Positions 7,801 through 17,402 of a stretch of DNA of 52,253 nt are shown in pieces; the stretch's first letter is position 1; each line of letters opens with the position of its first letter. The translations under genes were made by a program, and so were the position numbers. The stretch is taken from contig JBDKFG010000048.1 in assembly GCA_039798785.1 (NCBI GenBank), positions 1-52,253 of the forward strand. Reading direction: 5' to 3'. A model generated the notes under the pieces. That model worked only from the letters and a program-made list of their open reading frames with translations. It searched no databases and was not told the DNA's origin. Source of the stretch: Verrucomicrobiota bacterium. GTDB taxonomy: Bacteria; Verrucomicrobiota; Lentisphaeria; Lentisphaerales; Lentisphaeraceae.

Positions 7801-9315
7801 ATGATTCGCGCCTTCATTTTCGTCTTCGGACTGCAGCTTTTCGCCTCTGCGGCGGAGGCGCCGGCGCCGGCCGCGCCGAAACGGCCCAACATCGTGATCA
7901 TCCTCGCCGATGACGTCGGCGTCGGCGACTTGAGCTGCAACGGCGCGACCAAGTACAAGACGCCCTCGCTCGACATGATGGCCGCCAGCGGCATCAACTT
8001 CCGCGCCGGCTACAGCGCCGGCTCGACCTGCACGCCGAGCCGCTTCTCCTTGTTGACCGGCAATCTTCCCTGGCGCCAGAAGGGCACCGGCATCCTGCCG
8101 GGCGACGCCGCCTTGATCCTCCCCACCGCGGATCAAGCCACCTTGCCTTCCCGACTCAAGGCGGCAGGCTACACCACCGCTGCGATCGGCAAATGGCACC
8201 TCGGCCTCGGCGACGGCAAACAGCCGATCGACTGGAACAAAGAAGTCATTCCCGGCCCCCGCGAAGTCGGCTTCGACTATTCCTTCATCATGCCCGCCAC
8301 CGCTGACCGCACCCCGTGCGTCTTCCTGCGCAACGGCAAAGTGGTCGATCTCGACCCAGCCGATCCGATCACGGTCAGCTATAAGCACAAGGTCGGCGAC
8401 GATCCGACCGGCAAGGAGAATCCCGAGCTGCTCGAGATGGGGCTGACGGCTGGCCACGACGGCACCATCGTCAACGGCATCTCCCGCATCGGCTTCATGA
8501 GTGGCGGCAAGAAGGCGCGTTGGATCGACCAGGACATCGCCGACACTTTGACCGGACAGGCGGTGCAGTTCATCAAAGAAAACAAGGATAAACCCTTCTT
8601 CGTCTATCTCGCCACCCACGACACTCATGTACCTCGGGCGCCGCATAGCCGCTTCGTCGGCAAAAGCGGCCTCGGGCCGCGCGGCGATTCGATGTTGCAG
8701 CTGGACTGGACCGTCGGCGCGGTGATGGCGGCCTTGGTCGAGCACAAGCTGCTGGACAACACCTTGGTGATCTTCAGCAGCGACAACGGCGCGGTCCTCG
8801 GCGACGGCTACGCCGACCAGGCGCAGGAGCTTCTTGGCGATCACAAGCCTTCCGGTCCCTGGAAAGGCGGCAAGTACTCCAACTTCGAAGGCGGCACCCG
8901 CGTCCCCTTCCTCGCCACCTGGAGCGGACGGATCAAGCCCGGCGTCAGCGACGCCATCATCGGCCAGGTCGACCTGTACAGCAGCCTTTGCTCGCTTGCC
9001 GGCGCCCCCGCCCTTACGGCCGGCATCGCCGTCGACTCGCTCGACCAGAAAGCCGCGCTGCTCGGCGACAGCCCCAAGGGCCGCGAATGGCTTCTCGGCG
9101 GCGCCGGCCCCAACACCTTGCGCGTCGGCGAGTGGAAGTTGATCCCCGGCGGCGGCAAGAAAAAAGGCCGGAGCGGCTCCGCCCCCGGCGCCCAGCTCTT
9201 CAATCTCGCAGCCGACCCCGGCGAAACGAAAGACCTCTCCGCCGCGCATCCAGACAAGGTGAAAGAGATGATGGAGCGCTTCGAGCAGCTCAAGTCGCAG
9301 CCTCAGACTCGTTGA
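7801..9315 (+). CDS. Arylsulfatase (formylglycine-dependent S1 sulfatase)
   Basis: Signal peptide, PNIVIILADD, CTPSR, GKWHLG, SSDNG, GGK..FEGG.RVP. Confidence 0.95.
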   Translation: MIRAFIFVFGLQLFASAAEAPAPAAPKRPNIVIILADDVGVGDLSCNGATKYKTPSLDMMAASGINFRAGYSAGSTCTPSRFSLLTGNLPWRQKGTGILPGDAALILPTADQATLPSRLKAAGYTTAAIGKWHLGLGDGKQPIDWNKEVIPGPREVGFDYSFIMPATADRTPCVFLRNGKVVDLDPADPITVSYKHKVGDDPTGKENPELLEMGLTAGHDGTIVNGISRIGFMSGGKKARWIDQDIADTLTGQAVQFIKENKDKPFFVYLATHDTHVPRAPHSRFVGKSGLGPRGDSMLQLDWTVGAVMAALVEHKLLDNTLVIFSSDNGAVLGDGYADQAQELLGDHKPSGPWKGGKYSNFEGGTRVPFLATWSGRIKPGVSDAIIGQVDLYSSLCSLAGAPALTAGIAVDSLDQKAALLGDSPKGREWLLGGAGPNTLRVGEWKLIPGGGKKKGRSGSAPGAQLFNLAADPGETKDLSAAHPDKVKEMMERFEQLKSQPQTR

Positions 9316-9408
9316 TCCGGGCTTGATAAGCCGGAGCGATCCAGGAGCCCACAGATAGAATGATCCTCAGACCGGCGCCGCATCGCGACCCGGTTTTCTC
9401 TGCTTTAT

Positions 9409-9973
<565 letters not shown>

Positions 9974-10264
9974 ATGCCTAGGCCAATCGCGAAACGGTTT
10001 TTCGCCACGATTGAATTTCCATTGATCCTGAGCTTGATCCTGGCTGGCTTAGGAATGATGATCGGGGTGGCGGCTTGGTTTCGCTACGGCCAATTCACCT
10101 GGGGCTCGGGGCTCGGCACTTGTCTCCTGATCCCCCTGCTGCCGCTCACGCTTTCGATCCGGTCACGGAAGGATCTCCGCCGAAAAAGTAAAAGATGGCA
10201 GGATGGTGAGATCACCTTCGACTTGGACGACACCCTGCCCCACACAGAAGCCAAAAGGGGCTGA
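9974..10264 (+). CDS. Hypothetical membrane protein
   Basis: Two hydrophobic segments; ATG abuts the upstream stop. Confidence 0.6.
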   Translation: MPRPIAKRFFATIEFPLILSLILAGLGMMIGVAAWFRYGQFTWGSGLGTCLLIPLLPLTLSIRSRKDLRRKSKRWQDGEITFDLDDTLPHTEAKRG

Positions 10265-10266
10265 CT

Positions 10267-13029
10267 TCATTCGATCAGGACCCAGGTGCGGCCACGAGCC
10301 GGAATCTTGATCTTCAGCCGGAGCAGCTGGTCACTGGAAAGAGACGACTCCTGCGGCGTACCGCCGTCAATCCTGATCTGGGACCGGCCGCTCAGGCCGG
10401 CGTAATGGAGGGGCAGGGTGATGTCGCGCTCGATGTCGACTTCCAGGGGGTTGTAGAGGAAGGCCATTGCCTTCTCGGCTCCCTGCGGGTTGACGTGGAG
10501 GATGCCGTCCCAGTCGCGGCCGTCGGGGCGGCGGAGGTGGATGAGGTCGCTGTCGAGGACCTGGCGGTGCTTTTTGTAGAAGCCGATCCACTTCTTCACC
10601 AGGGCCTTGGTCTCGTCGCTGTCGTAGATGCGGGGGCCGCGGTAGCAGGCCTGGACGCCGGCGCCGAAGAGGTTGGCGAGGCGGGTCTCGTAGTGCGGCA
10701 GGTGATCCTTGAGCGGCTCGATGGTGGCGGCCGCGCCGCCGCCGTGGTACTGGGTGAGGGGGACGAACATCCAGCCCATCGAGGGGGTCTTCTCCCAGGT
10801 GCCGTCGAAGATGTTCTGGCGCTCGATGATCTCCTGTTCGGCGCGCGGCAGGGACCAGTTGGTCTCGCGGTAGCCCATGCCGGTCTTGCTCGAGCCGTTG
10901 AGGAAGTACCAGTCCGGGACGTTGAGGTAGATGCCCTTGGCGCGGCAGTCCTTGTAGAGCGCGGTGATGCCCTGCCACTGGCGCCACTGCGAGTCGGCGA
11001 GGTCGCGGTGGCCGGGGTGGTGCTTGTGGGCGCAGGTGTCGGCGGCGTAGGAGCCATCGTTCTCGAAGACGGCGAAGCCGGTGGCCTTCATGAAATCGGC
11101 GATCTGCCTGAGGTAGTCCTGGCCCCATTTCGAGCCCAGGCAGGGGGCGACGCCGAAGCGGACGCGGGAGCCGGGGCCGCCGCAGTTGTCCTCGGCCTTG
11201 CCGCCGCCGCGCGAGGCGAGCAGCGAGTAGGAGCCCAGGACGATGCCCTTGCTGGCGGCGTAGTCGGAGAGCTCCTTGTAACGGGCGGCGTAGGCGGGAT
11301 CGCGGCTTTCCATGTTCATGCCGGAGCCGAAGGAGAGGATGATCATCTCGACTCCGACCTCGCCGGCCTGGTCGATCATGGCGCGGATCGCCTTGGGATC
11401 GGAGGAGATGAGGTGGACCATCACCGGGTTCTCCTGGGTCCAGGGCGCGGCGGTGCGGTAGAAGCGGCGCTGCGCCAGGCTGGCGCGTTCGCGCTCGGTG
11501 GAATCCTTGAGCATCTCGAAGCAGCGGATCGAGGTGAACTCCTCGCCCGGCTTGAGGTCGACTGCCGGGCCCGACTCGGGCGCGACCTCGAGCAGGCAGG
11601 GGGTTTCGAGGTCGTAGTTCACCTGGGTCTTGTAGCTGCGGTCGGGCTTCCATTTGACGCTGAAGCGGTTGGCGCCGCGCGAGCCCATCGAGCAGTAGGT
11701 GAAGTCGGTTTCGACGAAGAGCCGGCTGGAGATCCAGTCGCCGGGCGGCTCGACCGCGCTCTCCTCTTCGACGCAATGGAGGCGTTCGACCAGGGTGCGG
11801 TCGAGGCGGACCGCCTTGCCGCTGCCGTTCTTCACCGTCAGCCATTTCTCGATCAGCGGCAGGCCGTCGTAGAGGTTGTAGTGGACGGTGACCTCCGGCA
11901 GGTCGGCGCGCGGCTTGGCTTCGCCGGCCGGGGCGGCGGCGCGCAGCTCGACGGCCTTGATGTGGCAGCGGACGAGCTCGGGCCGGATTTCGGCGAAGTC
12001 CTGGCCCGCGCCGCCGCGTCCGGTCTTGCCGACGCGGAGGCTCGACGGCAGCTTCGGGGCGGGGAGCCTGGCCAGGACCTGGAAGGGGCCCTCGGCCTCG
12101 GCGGCCTCGCAGAGAAGGCGCTCATCGACGTAGCGGACCCTCAGGCGCTGCGGCTGGCTGCGGTCGAACTTGCCGACAAGCTCGCCGTTGATCTCGAAGA
12201 CCTGCTGGTTGGGACGGACGATGAAGTGCAGCAGCACCTTGCCTTCCGCCATCAGGGCCAGGCCCGGTCCCCAGGCGTTGGAAGTCGCGTCGTCGCCGCA
12301 GTCGAGGGCGACTTCGAGGGAGCGGGCTTCGGCCGGCCAGGGCGCTTCGGCGTAGACCGCCGATTCGGCCGGCGTGTAGATCTCGCCGGCCTTGCCCTCG
12401 TTGCTGAAGGAGCTGCGGGCGTGGGAGGGGCTGACATGGATCTTCCACTGCTCCTTCAAGGCGCCGCGGAACTCCTCGGCGAAGAGGACGGCGCCGCTGT
12501 TCGGCGGCGGCGCCGCGGGCGGGACGAAGCGGAGGGCGAGGTGGCGTCCGGGGGCCGGCCAGGGGAGGTCGCGGCTGAGCCATTCCGGCCGCTTCTTCCA
12601 GGCGAAACGCGCCTCCAGCGGCCCCTGAGTCCAATCGGCGAAGGCGTAGGCCTGGGGGTCGGCCTTCAGGTCTTTCAGCCAGGCGTCCTTGAGGTAGTTG
12701 GCCACCGGCTGGCCGCCGAGTCCGCCGATGGCGTAGTCGACGCCGTCGAAGCTCAGCACCGCTTCCGGCCCGGTGGCGCGCAGCAGCTCCTCGCCTTGGG
12801 GGAGGAGGCGGTAGGAAGTGGTGGCCAGATTCGGGCTTTTGCGCAGGACGCGACGGACCAGGCCGTTGTCGAGGATCAGCTCGCCCCGCGCCTGATCCTC
12901 GCGGATGACGGCCTTGTAAGGAGCCGGGTCGACCAGCCAGTCGGCGGCTGGAGGCGGAGGAAGTGGCGCCGTCGGAGCTGATTGCCAGCTCAAATTGAGG
13001 CAGAGCAGACTTATCAGTGATATCGACAT
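10267..13029 (-). CDS. Secreted putative glycoside hydrolase (alpha-galactosidase-like)
   Basis: RBS AAGGAGG, signal peptide, native codon usage; VHYNLYDGLPLIEKW, APWTQENP, FENDGSY, GMGYRETNWSLPR resemble an alpha-galactosidase-like family. Confidence 0.65.
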   Translation of the reverse strand: MSISLISLLCLNLSWQSAPTAPLPPPPAADWLVDPAPYKAVIREDQARGELILDNGLVRRVLRKSPNLATTSYRLLPQGEELLRATGPEAVLSFDGVDYAIGGLGGQPVANYLKDAWLKDLKADPQAYAFADWTQGPLEARFAWKKRPEWLSRDLPWPAPGRHLALRFVPPAAPPPNSGAVLFAEEFRGALKEQWKIHVSPSHARSSFSNEGKAGEIYTPAESAVYAEAPWPAEARSLEVALDCGDDATSNAWGPGLALMAEGKVLLHFIVRPNQQVFEINGELVGKFDRSQPQRLRVRYVDERLLCEAAEAEGPFQVLARLPAPKLPSSLRVGKTGRGGAGQDFAEIRPELVRCHIKAVELRAAAPAGEAKPRADLPEVTVHYNLYDGLPLIEKWLTVKNGSGKAVRLDRTLVERLHCVEEESAVEPPGDWISSRLFVETDFTYCSMGSRGANRFSVKWKPDRSYKTQVNYDLETPCLLEVAPESGPAVDLKPGEEFTSIRCFEMLKDSTERERASLAQRRFYRTAAPWTQENPVMVHLISSDPKAIRAMIDQAGEVGVEMIILSFGSGMNMESRDPAYAARYKELSDYAASKGIVLGSYSLLASRGGGKAEDNCGGPGSRVRFGVAPCLGSKWGQDYLRQIADFMKATGFAVFENDGSYAADTCAHKHHPGHRDLADSQWRQWQGITALYKDCRAKGIYLNVPDWYFLNGSSKTGMGYRETNWSLPRAEQEIIERQNIFDGTWEKTPSMGWMFVPLTQYHGGGAAATIEPLKDHLPHYETRLANLFGAGVQACYRGPRIYDSDETKALVKKWIGFYKKHRQVLDSDLIHLRRPDGRDWDGILHVNPQGAEKAMAFLYNPLEVDIERDITLPLHYAGLSGRSQIRIDGGTPQESSLSSDQLLRLKIKIPARGRTWVLIE

Positions 13030-13325
13030 TGCGGCCTCCTTAGGCGTTTGATTACTTGAGTTATCAGGCGCAACTAGGAAACCGAAAGGCCGCGCTGGTT
13101 CCCCTTCTCCCTTGGGATTTTCGGCCTTTATGTACAAAAGCCCGGGAATCTAGCCGGGTAGAAAGGCCAATACTCTCCCACTCGTTCAAAGCATCAAAAG
13201 ATGCCTCTTTTGTGCGGGATCTGAGCTGCTTGACAATGTGGGGGGCCGCCTCCAACATTTCACTTTGGGTCAAGCTTCGCCGGACTTTCACCCATGGAAT
13301 AAGCGCCATGCCCGGCGCACTGACA

Positions 13326-13356
13326 GAGCCCCGCCGGCCGGAAGGCGGCGGGGCTC
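13326..13356. terminator. GC-rich hairpin after the transporter gene
   Basis: GAGCCCCGCC(G)GCC-ggaa-GGCGGCGGGGCTC; weak U-tract. Confidence 0.55.
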
Positions 13357-13375
13357 AGGGTTTGCGCGAGCAGGC

Positions 13376-14176
13376 TCAGTAGCGAAAGGTCATGCCGACA
13401 AAAAAGCCCAGTTCGTCGGAAGCGTCGGTGAGGCCGATGCGGGTGCCGATGTCGAGCATCAGGTTGTCATTGATCGAGCAGGTCAAGCCGGCATCTCCGT
13501 AAGCCGTGTAATCGTCGCCGGAGCTGTACAGCTCGCCGACATACTCGACGAAGCCGCCGAAAGGCGTGTCGCCGATGCCGAAGCCACAGGTGGCGGTGTG
13601 GACGAGGACGGCATCGTAGCGATCTTTGTCTTCGTCCCAGACGGCGTCGCCTTCGAGCATGAAGCAGAAGCCGAGGTTGCGCTCTTCGGCCCAGCCCGGG
13701 GTCCAGCTCAAGGGGGCGATCAAGCCCCCCTCGACCTTGTCACCGGAGAGATCGCTGCCGCTCGGCAGGACTACGAAGGGCATCAAGGCGAAGGCGGTTT
13801 CTCCGTCGTCGTTGCCCCAGAAGTTGTGTTTCCAGCGGATGGTGAGGGGGCTGGCGCCATCGGTGCGATCGCGGGGGACTTCGCCGTTTTCATAGCCGTA
13901 GGGAGACATGACGAACTGGATGTCATCGCTGTCGGAGAGGCCAAACTTCAGGTTGGTGTCGGCGAAGGCCCAGGCATGGCTGTGACGGTCGGAGCCTTTC
14001 TGGGCATTGCGGGTGAAGTCGGCGAAGGTCATTTCCAGCTGCAAGTGGCCCTTGTCGACGGTCTGGGGGCTTTCGGTGGTGTCTGGGCGGTCGGGAGCGA
14101 GATCGCGGAGCTTTTCTTCGGCTGCGGCGGAGAGGGACAAGGAGAGTGCAAGAAGGCTGATCGGGGCGATTTTCAT
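13376..14176 (-). CDS. Outer-membrane beta-barrel 'transporter' (Phenol_MetA_deg-like)
   Basis: Signal peptide, DRPDTTESPQTV.KGHLQLE motif, C-terminal aromatic strand GMTFRY. Confidence 0.8.
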   Translation of the reverse strand: MKIAPISLLALSLSLSAAAEEKLRDLAPDRPDTTESPQTVDKGHLQLEMTFADFTRNAQKGSDRHSHAWAFADTNLKFGLSDSDDIQFVMSPYGYENGEVPRDRTDGASPLTIRWKHNFWGNDDGETAFALMPFVVLPSGSDLSGDKVEGGLIAPLSWTPGWAEERNLGFCFMLEGDAVWDEDKDRYDAVLVHTATCGFGIGDTPFGGFVEYVGELYSSGDDYTAYGDAGLTCSINDNLMLDIGTRIGLTDASDELGFFVGMTFRY

Positions 14177-14311
14177 GGCAAGACTCCTGTTTGGGCTGGA
14201 TCCTAAGGACCTCCGCACCCGGGCGCATTTATCATGCCTTGTCCAGTCTCAAGAGGAAAAATCGGAAGTCGGAGACCGCCGGTGTATGAAATCGCGACAC
14301 CGGAAGCTAGA

Positions 14312-14761
14312 TCAGCCTTTCTTCAGGCGGGTGAGATAACGGTCGACGGCGTTGGCGAACTGCTCGCGGTCGCGGGCGCTGAAAGGCGGCGGACCGGAAG
14401 TGATGCCGCCGCTGCTGCGGATCTCCTCGAGCATGTCGCGGACCCCGAGACGCTGCTTGATATTGGCGGGCAGGAATTCAACGCCGCGGGGCGACAGTGC
14501 CTGCGCCTGCTTGGTGATGACGCGGTCGGCAAGGGGGATGTCATGAGTGATCACCAGATCGCCGGGGAGGACCAGCTCGACAATGAGGTCGTCAGCGGCA
14601 TCCGGGCCGGTGTCGCAGACACGGGACTGGATCAGGGGGTTGGGGTGGGGGCGGAAGTAGCGGCAGGCGACCAGAAGCACCGGTGCCTGGCGGCGGATGG
14701 CGGCGGCATAGAGGACTTCCGCCGCCTGGCCGGGCATCGAGTCGGCGTCGACGTAGATCAC
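14312..14761 (-). CDS. YaiI/YqxD (UPF0178) family protein
   Basis: IYVDAD, DAADD.I, GDLVITHDIPLA, GPPPFS..DR..FAN. Confidence 0.9.
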   Translation of the reverse strand: MIYVDADSMPGQAAEVLYAAAIRRQAPVLLVACRYFRPHPNPLIQSRVCDTGPDAADDLIVELVLPGDLVITHDIPLADRVITKQAQALSPRGVEFLPANIKQRLGVRDMLEEIRSSGGITSGPPPFSARDREQFANAVDRYLTRLKKG

Positions 14762-15258
14762 TGCGGACCGTAGGCGTCGACGACTCGCTGGATCATCCGG
14801 GTGGTGGAGAAGCCGTCTTTGAAGTGGAGGATGCGGATCTCGGTGCCGGCGGCCTCGAGGGCGCGGCGTTCGTTCTGGTTGATCGTGTCGATCTTGTAAT
14901 CGCCACCCTTGACGTAGAGGTCGGGACGGAGCGCCAGCAGGGTGCCGAGGGCTTCCTTGTCGCTGAACAGGACCACCGCATCGACGCAGGCCAGGGAGGC
15001 GAGCATGTAAGCGCGGTTGGCTTCGTCGACGATGGGGCGACGGGGGTCCTTGATGCTTTTCACCGAGACGTCGGCATTGAGGCAGACGACCAGAGCGTCG
15101 CCGAGCTGGCGGGCGGCCTCGAGGTATTCGGCGTGGCCGGGGTGCAGCAAGTCGAAGACTCCGTTGGTGGCGACGAGGCGGCGGCCGGCAGCGGCCATCT
15201 CCTGGCGCCAGGCGAGGGCTGAGGGCAGATCGAGGATCTTGGCGCGGGCAAGGGACAT
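14758..15258 (-). CDS. rfaE2: ADP-heptose synthase adenylyltransferase domain (RfaE2-like)
   Basis: TNGVFDLLHPGH, LNADVSV..IK..RPI, PDLYVKGGDY, GFSTT. Confidence 0.9.
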   Translation of the reverse strand: MSLARAKILDLPSALAWRQEMAAAGRRLVATNGVFDLLHPGHAEYLEAARQLGDALVVCLNADVSVKSIKDPRRPIVDEANRAYMLASLACVDAVVLFSDKEALGTLLALRPDLYVKGGDYKIDTINQNERRALEAAGTEIRILHFKDGFSTTRMIQRVVDAYGPQ

Positions 15259-15338
15259 GGAGGAAGCCTCGGCTGAAGCGGCAAGCAGAACGGCCCCTTG
15301 CCGCGAAGGCAGGGGGCCGGTGAGCAAGCCGCCAAGGA

Positions 15339-15626
15339 TTACTTGGTGACGGAGCCGCTGCGGATGCAGCCGGTGCAGACCCACTCGGAGCTGACCACGC
15401 CGTTGTGCTTGATCTTGATCTTCTGCAGGTTGGCCTTGAAGAGGCGGATGTTGGTCTTGACCAGCTTCAAGCCGATACCGCCGGATTTCTTGGAGATACC
15501 GCGGTGGGTGATGACGCCGCCGCTGACGCTGTGCTTGCCGCAGTAGAAGCAGCGCTTGTTGGGCTTGTGGTCGCCCTTCTTGAAGTTGACGTCGCCGGGG
15601 CGCTGGACTGTGGATGCGTTGCTCAT
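15339..15626 (-). CDS. rpmB: 50S ribosomal protein L28
   Basis: RCFYCGK, RGISKKSGGIG, RLFKANLQ, VCTGCIRSG. Confidence 0.92.
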   Translation of the reverse strand: MSNASTVQRPGDVNFKKGDHKPNKRCFYCGKHSVSGGVITHRGISKKSGGIGLKLVKTNIRLFKANLQKIKIKHNGVVSSEWVCTGCIRSGSVTK

Positions 15627-15669
15627 GTTCGTGTCTCAGGTTGTGCTGCGTTGCAGGAATTAAGGGGAG

Positions 15670-15742
15670 TGAGAGGTCAGGGGCTCGAACCCTGGACCCG
15701 CACATTAAAAGTGTGCTGCTCTACCGACTGAGCTAACCTCTC
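15670..15742 (-). tRNA. tRNA-Lys (UUU)
   Basis: GAGAGGTTAGCTCAGTCGGTAGAGCAGCACACTTTTAATGTGCGGGTCCAGGGTTCGAGCCCCTGACCTCTCA folds as a cloverleaf; anticodon TTT; CCA not encoded. Confidence 0.97.
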
Positions 15743-15778
15743 GCTTTGCCCGGGGTTGCCCCCGAAAATGTGCCGCTC

Positions 15779-15806
15779 AAATTACCGGGTTTCCATTTCC
15801 CGTCAA
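15779..15806 (-). promoter_or_regulatory. Promoter for tRNA-Lys/rpmB
   Basis: TTGACG-16 bp-TAATTT followed by a GC-rich discriminator GAGCGGC. Confidence 0.55.
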
Positions 15807-16498
15807 GCCCTTCCGTAAAGATTTTTCTGAAGAATTTCGACAGTCGCGGCGGCGCTGGGGCTGCTCGGCATCAAGGCCTCGCGACCGAAAGCGGCGAGGA
15901 AGCTTTCGCGGGTCGACGGGCCGATGACGGCGCACGGCAGGTCCTGAAGACAATCGGGACCGTAGATCTGGTGCATCGCCTCGACCGCGGAGGAGGAGAA
16001 GAAGCAGACTCCGTCGCAGGCGGGCAGGGGCTCGGCGGCGGTGTGGGCGGGTTCGTAGAGGTCGAGGCGGGTGACACGGATGCCGGCGGCGGCGAGGCCG
16101 GCGGCGAGCTGCGGCGCCGCGAGGCGGGAGCAGGGCAGCAGGAGGCTCTCTCCAGGCTTGACCCTGACCCGCAGGGCTTGCAAGAGGCCGGCGGCGGTGA
16201 ACTCAGATTGCGGCATCAGCTCCACCGGCACGGTCCAATCGGCCAGGGCTTCCGCCGTCGCCGGGCCGACGGCGGCGACATGGCCGACGCCGTTTAATGG
16301 ATAGAGGTGTTCGAGGTAGAGGCGGGCTCCGCCGGGCGAGGTGAAGACAGTCCAGTCGAACGCGGGAAGGAGCTTCACCGCCGAAGGGATCAGACGCAGT
16401 TCCTGCAGCGGGAAGTCAATGCCTTCAGCCCCCAGGGAGGCGCAGATCTTCAGCGCCTTGCGATTGGTGTCGGGCAGTCCGGTGAGGAGGATGCGCAT
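15803..16498 (-). CDS. hemD: Uroporphyrinogen-III synthase
   Basis: FDWTVFTSPGG, AAVGPATAEAL, FFSSSAV, AVIGPST. Confidence 0.88.
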   Translation of the reverse strand: MRILLTGLPDTNRKALKICASLGAEGIDFPLQELRLIPSAVKLLPAFDWTVFTSPGGARLYLEHLYPLNGVGHVAAVGPATAEALADWTVPVELMPQSEFTAAGLLQALRVRVKPGESLLLPCSRLAAPQLAAGLAAAGIRVTRLDLYEPAHTAAEPLPACDGVCFFSSSAVEAMHQIYGPDCLQDLPCAVIGPSTRESFLAAFGREALMPSSPSAAATVEILQKNLYGRA

Positions 16499-16566
16499 GG
16501 TCGGGAGATCCTGGTTGCAAAGAAGACGGCCCCCAGTCGTTGAGGGCCGTCGAGTGAGTCGGGAAA

Positions 16567-17163
16567 TCAATAGGCTTCCGGCTTCTCCGGGATGTCGCTG
16601 CACGACCAGCTGAAGATGAAGAGGAATTTCCAGCGGTTCATGTAGCTGGTACCGAGGCTGGAGGCGAGCGGCTGGACCTTGCCGGCCTTGACTTCGCGGA
16701 TCGAGGCGGCGAACTTGGCGACGCCGGTCTGGGTCTGCTTCTTCAGCAAGGCGAGCTCGGGAGTGCTGACGGTGCCGGCTCCGGGAATGGGGATGGGGAT
16801 GGCAGGGATGCCGATCAGGTAGCTATCCTGGTCGGTGGCGAGGGCGCCCGAGGCGATCGCGACGACGAGGTCCGCTTCTTCCGCCTTGGCGACGAGAGTG
16901 GCCCCCTTCTTGGCGACAGCGGCTTCGACGGCGAGAACGACATAAGGCTTGTCGACGGCATCGAGGTTGCTGACATCAATGGCGACCTTCTTGCCGGTGA
17001 AGTCGGGCAGCGCCGCCTTGGCGCTGGCCCGGTCGGCGCTGGTCGAGATCAGGAGCTGCTCGACGCCGGAGCGGCCGGTCTTGGTGAGCTCGGGGGTCAT
17101 GCAGGAGCTGGCGCCAAGGGCCAGAACGGCGGCGAGCGCGGTGATTTCGACAGACAACTTCAT
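16567..17163 (-). CDS. Lipoprotein (DUF6655/MafA-like)
   Basis: Lipobox LGASSC; RSGVEQLLISTSADRA and GIPAIPIP...TPELAL motifs. Confidence 0.7.
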   Translation of the reverse strand: MKLSVEITALAAVLALGASSCMTPELTKTGRSGVEQLLISTSADRASAKAALPDFTGKKVAIDVSNLDAVDKPYVVLAVEAAVAKKGATLVAKAEEADLVVAIASGALATDQDSYLIGIPAIPIPIPGAGTVSTPELALLKKQTQTGVAKFAASIREVKAGKVQPLASSLGTSYMNRWKFLFIFSWSCSDIPEKPEAY

Positions 17164-17271
17164 GCTTCGATTCTCCTGGGTTTCATGGGGCGGAATTCTC
17201 GAACTTTAGCATCCGGAAATTATCTGCAAAGGAGCTGAAAAATGAAGTTTCGATCAATCCGCTTCTGCGGC

Positions 17272-17386
17272 CTAGGGAGCGCGCCAGCCCCCTGGCGCTG
17301 CGTTCGTCGTTTCGCTCTTGAGCTGTTGAGCAGGCTTTCGCTTGCAGCCAAAGGAAGGGCGCCATGAGGACTGGCGCGCTCCCAGG
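17272..17386. repeat. Inverted pair of family C-like REPs
   Basis: GGGAGCGCGCCAG-cccc-CTGGCGC (17275-17298) and inverted GCGCCAtgaggaCTGGCGCGCTCCC (17359-17383). Confidence 0.65.
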
Positions 17387-17402
17387 GGAGATGCAACAGC
17401 AA

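Noticed and set aside
13064..13309. 81-aa ORF between the GH and transporter genes
   Set aside because: No RBS or recognisable motif; may be a fragment but cannot be supported
15670..15742. tRNA as an island integration site
   Set aside because: No duplicated tRNA 3' end or integrase seen; flanked by housekeeping genes
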